Source: Octopus sinensis (Eukaryota). From it: a DNA stretch of 64,000 nucleotides. The position numbers were made by a program, and so were the translations under genes. Shown in pieces: positions 39,251 to 52,982 of the stretch. The notes beneath the pieces were generated by a model, which was not told the DNA's origin, searched no databases, and was given only the letters and a program-made list of their open reading frames with translations. Position 1 is the first letter of the stretch. Every line of letters starts with the position of its first letter. Location: positions 52,948,001-53,012,000 of the forward strand of contig NC_043000.1 of NCBI RefSeq assembly GCF_006345805.1. Direction: 5' to 3'.

Positions 39251-41184
39251 CAATTTCATCGTGCAAAATTTGATCCTTTACGAGTAGGGACACAAAAGAA
39301 CAAGCTAAATAATAAACCTTCTGCTGTATGTTTAAATATAACACTGTTGTTTTCTTGCGAAAAATCTTTAAAAAATTTAAGTTATTTGAAAGTAGTTGAA
39401 ATCCAGATAGATATGTCATATATATTTCAATGGTCAAAACATTTCTTTTTCAGCCAAGATGATGATTTATAATATAATAAATGTTTTGCAAAATAACCTA
39501 ATATAAATATGAAACAATAAAAAATAAATTACGTTCCACCAAAAATAATATTGGAAAATGCAAATAAATAATTGAAGATATGATTTTTGAATGAATTCTT
39601 TTCAACGATTAAAAAGTTGCAATATATATAGCCCATAAAATTTCTAATACGATATATAAGTCTGAAAGAGCATGCGTGTAATCCTGCGTGTGTTTCTGAG
39701 AATATATTAATGTAAGATAGAGTTGAGGACCATCCACCATATTATTAAATGACTTAGTATTTTTTAGCCTTCGTAATGACTGTTTATGGGAATGACTATT
39801 GAACTAATGACATATTGTAAGGCATCATTCTGTGGGAAGGTTGTACGTCTAATTGTTTCAATATGTTGTATATGTGCGTGGATGAGCACGTATATATGAG
39901 CGTATATATACACGTGAGTATGTATATATAGTATCTGGGTTATTTGAGATGGAAGATGAAAGATGCGTGAGTTTATTATACTACAATAATTGTTTTAACA
40001 CGAACGTTTTTCGCTGTATTGAGTGTTGCTTTCTTTTTTAAATCTGCTATTTTATTTTACTATTGATCTTCTACATAAATGAAGCAACATCTTTTAATTT
40101 GTTGCCTTTCTTCGCAAGAACTGAGAAGATACATTTCGGAACTGTTATTTTAAAAAGTTGTATCTGCTAATCAAGAGAAGAGACACATTTGAACCGTGGG
40201 ATGCTCCAGTTCCAGTTGTTAAGTATCCCACGCGTGCTAGATTTTTCGAAACAATTGTAGTGATTAATAAAATCTCCCGTATTTCATTAACCAGATACAT
40301 AACGAACGGTATGAAAGTGGCCTTGCATTACTAATACACTACAAGGTATAAATCATTCGCTTTATTATCTAATATATAATATTTAAATATATGCATGTTT
40401 CTAAGAGTTGTTTATTTGAATGATTTTAAATGCAAATATGTCTGATATATACAAATAAGAAAACATTTCATATTAACATTCAATTAGGTGACCTCTGTAA
40501 ATGTCATATTGACCAATCAAGCATGATTTGATTGAAGTAGTATTTTTACAGATTTATTCATAATGATATACTCTTTTCATCAGTAATCAGTAGAATATCA
40601 AGAGTAAATATAATACAATAGCGTACAAATAGAAATGTAATAAGTATATTTATAATATACAAATCAGTGTTAACACAAATTTATATCGACTATCATTTGC
40701 AGCGAATTTTTTATTCTAAGCAGATCAAAAGCCTTCCATTTCTGATGCAGATACTCATGCACACACGCATGGTTACAAACATGCGCATACACATCTATAT
40801 ATATATCAATATGCACACACACACACTTACACACACACATACCGCACTCCGTGCGGACTTTTGAGCTGACTCCTACGGCTAAATAGTAACCCAAATGCTT
40901 TAAAATTAGATCCCAATGCTAGATGTTCAAGAACAAAATGAGGGGCAATCCCGAAATCATCTTGAAGGTATATATCTATCTAAAGCAAATTTAGACTGAA
41001 ATACCGGGCTCCAAAACAGAGAGAATTTCGCATTTATAACACACGCGCTGGCGCACATACATATATATCTGTGTATATGTGTGTATATATATATGTGCGT
41101 ATATATATATATATGTATATTTATGTCTGCATATATATGTATTTACATATATATATGTATCTCTCTCTCTCTCTCTAAATATAT

Positions 41185-41365
41185 ATATGCATTTCCTGTG
41201 TCTTCCCTTCTCTGGATGTTTCCTTCTCTTATGTTTCCGACTAAGAGCTCCGCTCGAAACGTTAAACCCTCCTTCTTTCCTTCTTTCCTGAGCGTCCAAT
41301 AATACTATATCCGTTCCACGTCCTCGCGTTGTTGTGTTTTTTTGTGCTTTCTTGTTTGGATTAAC

Positions 41366-41370
<5 letters not shown>
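41185..41370 (+). mobile_element. Solo Penelope pLTR-like module (family B) with a hammerhead-like motif at 41233-41267
   Basis: Homologous to 31345-31535. Contains gtttccgactaagagctccgctcgaaacgttaaac. Confidence 0.7.
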
Positions 41371-41421
<51 letters not shown>

Positions 41422-41449
41422 CGCACACACAACGTAAGCAAATGTGAAA

Positions 41450-41580
41450 CAAGGACTCCTATACCGGAGGTAGAGTAATGTGCTTTATTATTATTATTAA
41501 AGCTACAAAAACATATAAGAAAATTCGCAATAAACTGCTACACAGAATTTCACGTTCCCGTTCGTCGGACAGTTTAGATT
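41450..41580 (-). mobile_element. pLTR-like module (family C) with a degenerate hammerhead-like core
   Basis: The minus strand reads ccgacga-acg-ggaa-cgt-gaaattc, i.e. a core plus a 3-bp stem II plus GAAA. Stem I does not pair. Confidence 0.4.
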
Positions 41581-41951
41581 GAGAATGGAACAAAATAAAG
41601 TGTGTATGTATACAATATGAAATTTACACTAACAGATACACATTCGAAATTGCTTCCTTTTCATTGGTCCTTTCGACTAACGCTTTTTTCTAATCAATGA
41701 TGATAGGTTTAAAATCGTATTACGTGAGATCGAAGAAGTATTTAAATAAAAAATCAAAATTTCAAAAATAAATTTAGTTACAAGGAAGTTCAGTCAGGAT
41801 CACACTGGAACTGCACCGTTCAGCACTAAGAACAAGTATTAGGTCAAATTACTACCTGCTTTTATAGCAAGTTGATACATATAGTTTATCCCGTCTCCTC
41901 CGACTTTTGATTAAAGCAATTGAAAAAACTGCATTATTTCTGAGTTGCCCC

Positions 41952-42024
<73 letters not shown>

Positions 42025-42025
<1 letters not shown>

Positions 42026-42156
42026 TACAAAGGGTAAAATTAATTAATTAAGAAGTAATCAATAATTTAACCAAGTAGAATTCGGCATGAAAAAAGGACC
42101 ATTTCATGGTAAACTTATGTAATATTTAATAATTAGGGTTGCTGAACCCTAATTAT

Positions 42157-42163
<7 letters not shown>
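42025..42163 (-). mobile_element. pLTR-like module (same family as 12461) ending in a 19-bp perfect hairpin
   Basis: Homologous to 12465-12585. atatttaataattagggtt-gctg-aaccctaattattaaatat at 42122-42163. Flanked by (TA)n. Confidence 0.65.
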
Positions 42164-42221
<58 letters not shown>

Positions 42222-42825
42222 ATATATATACATACATACACATACATATACAAATGTGTGTATATGCATACATATACTTATCCCAATATATGCACATGTG
42301 TCTAAGAACGTACGCGTGTGTAAATTGCTCTGAATAATTGTGAAAATTGTGAGGTTGAAAGGTTAAGCCCGTTGTTCTGGTGACAAACGTAACAACCATA
42401 ACATGACAGCCCTTATCACACGGATACATCCAGCCACTTCATTTATGGACGACAGCGCAGTTGGGAGTATAATTAAGAACGAAGTAACGAAGGTGGAATG
42501 GAACAGAATGTCATCATATTTTTCTTCTATATTCTTTTACCTTTTTTGCCTAAGTTTCCCTTCGTAGAGAGATATTATTTAGAACTGCGCACTTTTGAAA
42601 GGTGGTGAGTAAACTGCGTATTAGCGGAATTGTCGAATTAGTGTGCATATTATTTTGTTCCGCTGTTCTGATTTAATCCAAGCTGATATTCGTAGTGTAT
42701 ATGATTAAAGGCATAATTGCCGTCGATAGACATGACGCAAGACTATTTCAAATGTGAATAGTTAAAAGGATTGCAAACAATTTAATGAAATTAATATTGT
42801 CAATCCCATTCATCCATGAGTAATT

Positions 42826-42950
<125 letters not shown>

Positions 42951-42956
42951 ATATAT

Positions 42957-43072
42957 GGCCTGCTTGCTTAGCCAGCGGGGTGAAGTTATTTGAAGGCTAA
43001 AACAATGCGAACGCATTGTGACCAGCGACGTGTAGCAACATCTGATGGTCTGGTCGGTCACGTGATCACGTG

Positions 43073-43117
<45 letters not shown>

Positions 43118-43265
43118 CGTGTGTGTGTGTTTATGTGTATGTATATGTATATGTATACAAGTGTGAATTGTATGTATGCATTCCTTGCATATAACATATA
43201 AGCATCATTGAATCATTCTGAATTAGATATTTAACAGTGTATTGAAAATATTTAATATAATACAG
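42957..43265 (+). repeat. Retroposon 3'-end-like segment with a (cacgtgat) tail plus ~130 bp of flank, duplicated at 52661-52982
   Basis: gaaggctaaaacaatgcgaacgcattgtgaccagcgacgtgtagcaa and caagtgtgaattgtatg...gaaaatatttaatataataca occur in both places. Confidence 0.8.
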
Positions 43266-44032
43266 ACAATTCTCGTCTATCAACCATATAATAACAAGTG
43301 CTTTTTACACCATGGGTCCAAATGTAAATTATTCTTGTGGTAAATAACACAGTATTCTGTGTTCGTACAAAACCTCCATCGTAATTTGGAGATCTGGATT
43401 ACATTACAAATCAATGTTATTTCTATCGGTATTAATTATATATCAATAAACATTTTGGGTATTTGCGACACCAGTACCTAAATAGAGAATGAGATTCTAT
43501 ATTTCTCGGACTGGACACTCAGGTGTCTTTGTACTGCTGGAGATCTCCCTCTAAGAAATATATAGCAGGGTGAAATCTTGTGAGCTGACAGTTCCAGGGT
43601 CGAAGGAGATGATTCACGTATGGCAGTTATATAATTGCGAGTGACATTAACAACTAGGAATTACCAAGTGTTCTGTGAGATCCTCTCATGGTAATGAACA
43701 CAGTAGGTTGTGGTTTAACAGAACCTCCACGTTAAGGTAGTGATCAAGATTACTATTTGGTTTGGTAACAGCTTTTGTAGCTATTAATTCATATACTGTA
43801 TCATAAATATCATAAATATTCATATATTTATTAACACATATTTCTTAAGAACAGTGATTATAAAATGGATTTACCATGCTTTGAATATAATTAGAGTATT
43901 GAAAATAATTCGTTAATTCAGGTTCGTCTCATATGCGTGTGTACACACACACACGCGTATGTATATTAACATACAGGTGGTGCACCAGGATAGCCGCAGT
44001 CAAATGACTGCAAAAAGGAATAAGGAGTGAAA

Positions 44033-44072
<40 letters not shown>

Positions 44073-44089
44073 TCTATATATACTCTATG

Positions 44090-45221
44090 AAATATCACGC
44101 CAGAAATTTGGACATGTTTTCCACACCTACCTAAAGGAAAACTGGAAAAGGTATTTGGATGATTGTTTCATCATATGGAAAGAACCTCATGAAAAACTCC
44201 TGGAATTCAAAACCATACTAAATAACATACATCCCAACATCCAATTCACTATGGAATTAAGCAAACATCATCTACCATTCCTTGATCTCCTAATTATAAA
44301 AACACCTAAGAACCAAATCATAACAGACATCTACCACAAACCCACAGACTCACAACAATACCTCCTCTTTAGTTCATGCCACCCAAAACACACCAAGACA
44401 AATATCCCTTTCAATTTGGCTAAAAGGGTATGTACCATCGTCTTGGATCCAAATACACGAGAAATACGCCTTCAAGACCTCAAAAAAACACTATTACAAC
44501 GCCAATATCCCTCCACCGTTATAGAGTATGGAATAAAACGCGCCAAAGAACTGGATAACATTACACCGAAAACTACCCAACCTAACACCATACACAACCT
44601 CAAAATACTTCCATACATTTCCACCCACAACCCCAAAAATATCGAAGCATACACTACAATCATACAAAACCTCAGTCTACTGTCAACAGACCCAAAAATG
44701 AAAAACATTATAAATACACACAAAATCCTCAAATGTAAAAGGCAATACAAATCTTTAAAAAAACTCTTGACAAATGCCAAACTTCACACACCACATCCAC
44801 CCCCAGCAGTAAAAAAATGTGCACGCCCAAACTGTGGGACATGCCCCCTCCTACTTGAAGGTTCTGAATTTACCTTCAAACAAGGTACGAAGTTTAAAAT
44901 CAAGACTATTTCTCCTGTTCCTCCGAGAACCTTATCTACGTTCTCACATGCGCTGGTTGCCAACATAATTATGTTGGACAAACGAGGCTCCCGTTACGTA
45001 AACGAGTAGCGGTGCATAAAGAACAAATATATCTCCCGGAATACCGACAAATTCCACTGAGTGACCACATAGACTCATGCGCTAAAGACTTAAACCCCAA
45101 ATTCTATATATTCCCCTTCTACCAATGTAAAGACGGCATCACCACACAGGAGAGAATTAACAAGGAGAATATCTTTATTTAAAAATTCCAAACACAACTT
45201 AATATACAAACTCCTCGTTGA
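44090..45221 (+). mobile_element. Penelope-like element, 5'-truncated: RT C-terminal half, Cys linker and GIY-YIG endonuclease
   Basis: WKRYLDDCFIIW, PFLD, YHKPTDSQQYL.FSSCHPKHTK.NIPF.LA.R, CARPNCGTC, then after one frameshift near 44910 LIYVLTCAGCQHNYVGQTR...R...H (GIY-YIG-like). One in-frame stop lies near the C-terminus. Confidence 0.95.
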
Positions 45222-45843
45222 TCAAAATTCCCTTTTCTACCTCATTCTTCATGGATGGACTCACACAAATATATAAGGATACCATAGATTCATCACTTCA
45301 AGCAAAAACTTATATTCTTTAAATATCATTTTTATTAGTGTTGTTATTACCATCATCTTTATTATTTATGATATAACAATCTGAAATGCAATTGTCTATG
45401 CAAATTTATATAATTAGAAAATAATATAAACAAAGTGTTAAAATCTGAAAGTTAAATTAACAAACAATTACATAAAAAAGATAATGCAAATGAAGCTAAA
45501 ATGACAATTTTATAATTTGGGATTTTATCAGCAGCCTTTATTGAAGAACCCAAAAGAGTTGTCTCCCCTTATTCACAACACAGGAACTGAAGAACCACAA
45601 TTACTACTACTTCCTGTTTTGCCAACATCCTAAATTAAACCAAACAACACATGGCCTTAATCCCATTGGATCCTAATACCTCAAGGTAATTTTTTCGTGA
45701 ACATTCATTAAACTCAAGATACACAACCAACTCACAATGTATCGGAGTACTTATTTTAAAATTTTTATACATATTTATTATTATTCTTTTGCAAAAAACA
45801 ATGCAACTTTTTTTCCCCTTTCTCATTTTTAAAAAACCTTTTC

Positions 45844-45883
45844 ATTCTTGATAAGTCAAACTATGACGAAAACCGGTTTGAAT
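45844..45883 (+). ncRNA. Minimal type-I hammerhead ribozyme motif (U3:A8 variant) in the PLE 3' region
   Basis: Stem I AUUC/GAAU; core UUGAUAA; stem II GUCA-AACUA-UGAC; GAAA; palindromic stem III AACCGGUU; predicted cleavage after U45879. Confidence 0.65.
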
Positions 45884-46014
45884 AAATATTTATATATTTT
45901 TTTCATTTTCTCATTTAATTAAATTTTTCTTTCAATCGAGCATTCTGCATTTTTACAATTTTTCCTTGCTTATCATTTCTCCACGTGCGGTGAACACAAC
46001 CCCACCATTTATTG

Positions 46015-46093
<79 letters not shown>

Positions 46094-46116
46094 AATTAAA
46101 TTAGTATTATATGATC

Positions 46117-46188
<72 letters not shown>

Positions 46189-47036
46189 TGGTGTCTTGCA
46201 AGTTTACACATTGACAGGTAAAATATAAACTAAATTCAAATTCAATAGGGTACTTAAATACCACTTGTTATAAACTTGCTCATCGATCTGAAACCACCAA
46301 TACTCACTTTTAAAATATACACGGCCAATGCAATGAATATAACCGAAACAGACAACAAAACTTAATTTAAATTTATACTGGCTAACGATAAGTTTCTTTT
46401 AAATGTCGCGGTGATATTTAAAATTAAAGAAGGTACACGACGTAATGTGACAAATATTTCAGAAATAGATGTTAAAGTGTTATTTTCAGCTGATGAGCTC
46501 AGAGTATGAATTTTCATATAAGAAGTGCAATCAATTCATCCTGAGATATACACATTCCTTACTTCTGTATTCCACTCAATGTAAGCCTGCTTCTGTTATG
46601 GTCAGTGCATAGTGTTATGTTATGTTCAGTGCATAGTGAGTTTTAATAGTGGGTATTATTGGTTTTGGAATGATGGCTCTATTTATAGCAAGTGGAATTT
46701 AAATTTGAATTTAGTATATATACACACCCACTCACAAACACATATGTAATGCATACACGTAACGATTTGCATTACCAGGGTATATCCAAGGACCAGTTGT
46801 TAAAAGTAAATATATTTGTACTTATTAATGAGCACTATTTCTAACCTCCAGTAGTACACCGCACAGCGTTCTTATATGATCTTAAGGTAATTACAGGGCC
46901 AAATTATAAATTTTTATAGGAATGAGAAAATAACAATTGTTAAGTAAGCAGCTTCATGTAGCGAAACATACATACATAGATACATGTATATTTACATATA
47001 CATGTACATGTACATACATATTCACACACACACACA

Positions 47037-47078
<42 letters not shown>

Positions 47079-47351
47079 TCATATATATATATAACCAAGA
47101 AAAAAGCAACAAGAATGGATTAGTAGTTTAGTACAATTGTTTCATACCAAGAACAATTTTATTTAAAGCTGCAAATATTGCAGCAAATACAAATGTCCAG
47201 TAGTCATCAGCTACATCACATATATGTTTTCCAGACATCCTAGCGAGTTTGACTATCCTCATGAAGTATTAGGAGTGAGTTCTATGAAATTTAAAGTCAA
47301 ATTATAAGCAGACTTAAAATGCTTTCTAATGATGCACAGTTTTATAAAAAG

Positions 47352-47391
<40 letters not shown>

Positions 47392-47399
47392 TATATAAG

Positions 47400-49060
47400 C
47401 TCTGGAATTGAGAAAGTCTTTTACATTTCGAACCAACGCTCTTCAAAAGAAAGGAACATGAGGAGAAAGGAACAAAAAGAGAATAGAAACAAACTTGTCG
47501 ATTTAGCGGTCAATCATAACTACTGGTTGGAAAATGGTAGTTGAATAGGAGAGCTAGGAAGAAGGGGAAATAATAAAATGCTGGTGATCCCGCAATGAAG
47601 GTGCACTTGCCTCTGTGTATGTGAGAATGTGTAAGTCTGTGAGTATGGATTAGGGATAGTCTGTGAGTATGGATAGGGGATAGTAGCAAGAGAGAAGGTG
47701 AGTAGGAGTGAAAAGAGGAAGTAGGTGTCAGGGCAAGAGAAGAGAGTAGAGGTGGATAGGAGTGAAGAGAGGAGTAACTGAAGGGTTTGGGTGAGGATAA
47801 GGGGAGGTGTATATCGGGTTTGAGGTATGGGGGAGGGTGTTAGTAGAAGAATGAGGGGTGTGACAGAATGAAAGAGTGAGTGAGTGGAGTTTACGTTGTT
47901 TAGTGTTATCGAAAAACTCGTGGAAAATATCATTTAAATGGATTACGAAGCGTTCAGTCGAATGAGCATAGGAATGTGAAAGAGAGGAGAACATGATTGA
48001 ATAAGCGAAAGGGAGAAGGCAGTCAAGGGTGTGTCTTCGGAGAAACTGGAACGCATAAGCCGGTACGAAATCGTACGGAGTATAGGTAGGATGGCAGATG
48101 CAGAGTGTAAAGTTGGGTGGAAATGGAAGCGGAAACCTCTGGCAATGAGGTGGTGGGAGGGAAGCAACTGAAAAAGGAAAACGTGATTAGAGAACCGCGG
48201 TTTTTTGAAAATTAGCAGGAAAAGATGAATAGAAGTTTGAGAGCAGTAGAAAGGTTGTTTGGGAAGGGCTTCTTTGGGCGGTATTGAAGGTGGAGAAGAA
48301 AAGATTTGCAATCAGGCATGCTGGAAAAGGAGAATGATAAGCAAATTAATGACGTGCGGAGTATAAAGGTTCAAAAAATGAAAGATGCGTGAGGAGAAGA
48401 AAATTCAAAAGGTGTGAAGAGAAGAAATAAAAGAGGAGAGAAAGAAGTAAAAAGAGAAAAGTAGAAGAATAGAAGAAGAGAAGACGAAAGGAAAAGCAAA
48501 GTTAAGACAGAGGTAAAGAAACAACATATGGATTAAGAAAATACAGTGCAAGAACAGAGTAAGAAAAACAGAAAGCTCAAAATTGTTCAAGCGTCGTGGT
48601 GTAATGGAGCGATTTTTAATCAGTGAAAAAGTCTAGTGAAATCTATAAGTATATCCAGTGGTAAGCCGGGTATAGTGCTGGTATATAGATGAGGAGAAGT
48701 GCAGGAATTTTAGTTGTAGCACGTCTGAAGTGTAACAGGTTAAAGCAGTATAAAACTGGTGTGACTACGTGAACGTACAATATATACTCGAAATATACAG
48801 AAAAACAAAAGACGAATGCAGGTGTGTAAACAACAAGTAGGTGTATTATTTTGACGCGTAAGCTCTTCAATAGAAAGGATGATGAGGGAATAAACAGAGA
48901 GAGAATATAAAAACACACGTGGATTTAGCGGTCAATCATGGCGATTGGAAAACTGTAGTTGGACAGGAGGGCTAGGAAGAAGGGGATAATAATGTACTGG
49001 TGCTCCAAAAGCGAAGTTGCGCGTGCGTATGTGTAGGTGAAAGTGTGTAAGTGTGAGGTC
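47400..49060 (-). mobile_element. Penelope-like element: two direct pLTR-like repeats flanking the N-terminal part of an ORF
   Basis: 47500-47640 is homologous to 48922-49060 (atttagcggtcaatcat...gctaggaagaagggga). Each is followed on the minus strand by a decayed gaagagc...gaaa/caaaa hammerhead-like motif. Between them RFSNHVFLFQLLPSHHLIARGFRFHF resembles PLE ORF N-termini. Confidence 0.65.
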
Positions 49061-49069
49061 AGTGCAGGT

Positions 49070-50790
49070 CCTGCAGTTAGAGCGACCACAGTTTTTGGCG
49101 GTGAGGGCTGGGCTTGTGTTGAGTGATTTTACATTGATGAATACGCTTTAGGAATTTGGGTTGTCTCTTGCTTTTTACTATTTAATGCGTTTCGAGTGGT
49201 TTTGACTCAATAGAGTGATGTTCTTGTATATAATAGTGTAAGCGTCTGTATTACTCGGATTCTGTCTTGATAGATATAGGAGACTATTTAATGTACCTTG
49301 AGTTTGTTTCGGTTTTCGAAATCTTGGATATCGATTGTCTTAGCTCGCTCTATTCCACTGTCAACTAATGATGCTGGGTACTGTTTTCGAGAAGAATTTC
49401 CTTTAGCTCTTGGGGTATTTTAGTTCGTGTTTCATAATTTGAGACAAATGTACAGATTATTCTCGCTAGATTGAAGGGCATGTTTGTCTTTGGGCCATTG
49501 GCGATGCACAGCAGGTGTTGTTTTGAATCGCTCGGTTTGTAGTGGATATCAGTTTTAATGTTGGTACCTTTTTTTATAATTAGGGTGCCTTTAAATAGGA
49601 GTTGGCTTGACTATATTCCATAAATTAGATATAGTTGCTGACGCTGTTGATTAAATTTTTGAATCCATTGAGTTGGTCGAATATGTGAGACCATAAAATG
49701 AGGCAGTCTTGCGAGAAGAGTTTCCAATTCTCCAACAGATATTTGCGGAAAGACTGGCCGTACTTTAATTTAGATTGTTCACATATTTTTATTTCCAGAT
49801 AGGCCATCACCAGATTGGTAGAAGATGAGGCAACTTAGTACCCATCGCAATTTCTTATATCCGTTTGTAGGAATTATTAAAATTATTATTAAAAAGTTGT
49901 TTTGGAGGATACATTTAAGGCCTTCAATGATAAATTCATTTTTTATCCCTTCAGAGACCTCATTGCATTATTTTTCTAACCAGATTTTAATGGCTTCCAG
50001 TCCGTATCGATGTGGAATCGTAGTATAAAGGTTTATCACATCAAAGGAGACCATGAAAATGTATTTATTGGCATGTTTGAGGAGGTGGTTTAGGAGGCCC
50101 AGGTAATTACTTGCAGTACCTGGTATGTTTTTAAGTATTAGGTTTAAGAGTATATCAATAAATTTGCTTAAACTGTGTGTTTCACATTTTGAACCTGCCA
50201 CATTTGGTCTCAGTTTGAGGTTAGTGTCGTGTAGTATAGTGATGCAGGATGAGGTGGACTTTTTGCCAGTCTGTAGAAGTTGGTGGTTATGCCACGAAAA
50301 TTTGTTAAGTAGTCGTGTTCCTTTGTCGTTATGTTCTTTTGATGTTGGCAAATGAGTATGTTTACTCTGGATATTGTTTTTGAATCATGGTAGTTGAATA
50401 TTCTTTCATAGTAGTTAGTATCTTGTAAGAGGTGACATACAGAGTTTATATAGTGTTCTGTGTCCATAATTACAACAGTACTAACCTTGTCTGCTTCCTT
50501 AATTATGAAATCATTATTGTTTTGTAACTCGCGGATGATTTTCCATTCAGCTTTTACTGATATTCGATTTGGGTTCAGGTTGTCGTAGTTCACTGTAAGC
50601 GAAGTCTGATATGTAGTTTGGAATATTTTTCTTACTGCGTTTTGTACGATTTTAGTTGACAAAGCAATATGGCTTCTCCTATCAAATACTGCCCACATAT
50701 TCTTTCTGTATATATGCTTATAAATAATTATGATTTCTGTCGAACTTATAAACAAATATCAACTTCGTTTTACTGCTTCTTTGAACATTT
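49070..50790 (-). mobile_element. Penelope-like element RT region, heavily decayed
   Basis: IIKEADKVSTVVIMDTEHY, LRPNVAGSKCETHSLSKFIDILL, VSFDVINLYTTIPH.YGLEAIKIWL, TDIHYKPSDSKQHL, MPFNLARIICT, CGRSNCRTC. Related to the 44.1-45.2 kb element, opposite orientation. Confidence 0.9.
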
Positions 50791-51185
50791 TTATGTAAAG
50801 TGCTTAAGCACAAATCCTATCTTAATAGTTTTTCATTATTGTCAAAGATTCTATTACTTATAATTTTCTCATCGTTATCAAAGACTTCATCACTGTATTC
50901 TAATACATCTATGTTAACTGATTTTAAACAGCACAAAGGCTACACAAAGCCTTGCACTTTACTTCTGATAATCTTTTTAAAAAAAACGTGAAACCCGTCA
51001 AGTCAATAAACATCTTTGAAAGACCATACTATACATTCAAACTGACAAAGTATATCGCAAACTAACAAAGTAGAATGTTTCCTCTACTGATAAGTCCAAT
51101 ATATTTCGATTAATTCACATACGTATAAGAGATATGAAAATTCTTCAAGAAATCTGCTACGATGCATTCCTGAAAGGGATGAAAG

Positions 51186-51250
51186 TGCTACATAAATTCT
51201 AAATTATATATATATATATATATGTGTATGTATTTATGTATATGTATGTT

Positions 51251-51285
<35 letters not shown>

Positions 51286-51442
51286 GAAATTAAGAAAATG
51301 CTAACAAAATAATTTGAGTAAGGGAGAGTGTATTTAATTAGGTGAGGGTTCTTTTTACCGGTTGCGCATTTGTTATGCTACATAAATTCAAAATTATATA
51401 TATATATGTATATATGTGTATGTATTTATGTATATGTATGTT

Positions 51443-51497
<55 letters not shown>

Positions 51498-51755
51498 GAA
51501 ATTAAGAAAATGCTAACAAAATAATTTAAGTAAGGGAGAGTGTATTTAATTAGGTGAAAGTTCTTTTTACCGGTTGCGCATTTGTTATGCTTATCAAAAG
51601 ATAGAGTTCCTTTCTGATTGAAAAAAATCAATCAGAAAGGAACTCTAACTTTTGATAAGCGTAACAAATGCGCAACCGGTAAAAAGAACTTTCATCTAAT
51701 TAAATACACTCTCCCTGACTTAAATTATATTATCAGCATTTTCTTCATTTCCTTT
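51186..51755. repeat. Tandem (~190-215 bp x2) plus palindromic (128-bp arms, A6 loop) pLTR-like module carrying three hammerhead-like motifs
   Basis: 51186-51375 is repeated at 51376-51590. 51494-51621 is the near-perfect reverse complement of 51628-51755. The motif UUGAUAA-GC(A/G)U-AACAA-AUGC-GCAA-CCGG-UA lies at 51649-51686 (+), 51563-51600 (-) and, truncated, at 51351-51379 (-). Confidence 0.8.
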
Positions 51756-51802
51756 TTTTATATATCACAACTCGTGTTCCACATCTCCTTTTTTAAATAT
51801 AT

Positions 51803-51856
<54 letters not shown>

Positions 51857-52089
51857 TATATATACATATATGAATTATGTGAAATACGTTTCGTTTCGTA
51901 GTTGTTCATATCAATGTGTAATCTTTTGACCTATATACAAAACTGAAGAGATACATCAACTCTCACTCTTGAAAAGTTCTGAAAACATTCTTTAAAAACA
52001 TTTGAAGTAATTATTCCTGATATATACCCCGTCTCCTCCAGCCTCACTCTCACTCTGGCCCTGTCTCTGTGTTTGTGTATATATATATA

Positions 52090-52121
<32 letters not shown>

Positions 52122-52122
52122 T

Positions 52123-52153
<31 letters not shown>

Positions 52154-52309
52154 GTCTGTATGTGTTTTTCACTATGTTTCTGAAATTCTGTTTAAATTCA
52201 TTTTATCTATACAGTTTGAGTTTCTACAATTCTGTATCTTGTGATTAGGTTTTGTGTAAGTGTATTCAGCATTTAAGTTATATCTCTCTTCATATACTCG
52301 AATTCGGAA

Positions 52310-52982
<673 letters not shown>

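Noticed and set aside
40100-40340. Open frames on both strands (…TFEPWDAPVPVVKYP…)
   Set aside because: Short, unrecognised and without a clear exon structure.
46488-46515. CTGATGAG followed by GAA
   Set aside because: No stem II closing onto GAAA and no stem I.
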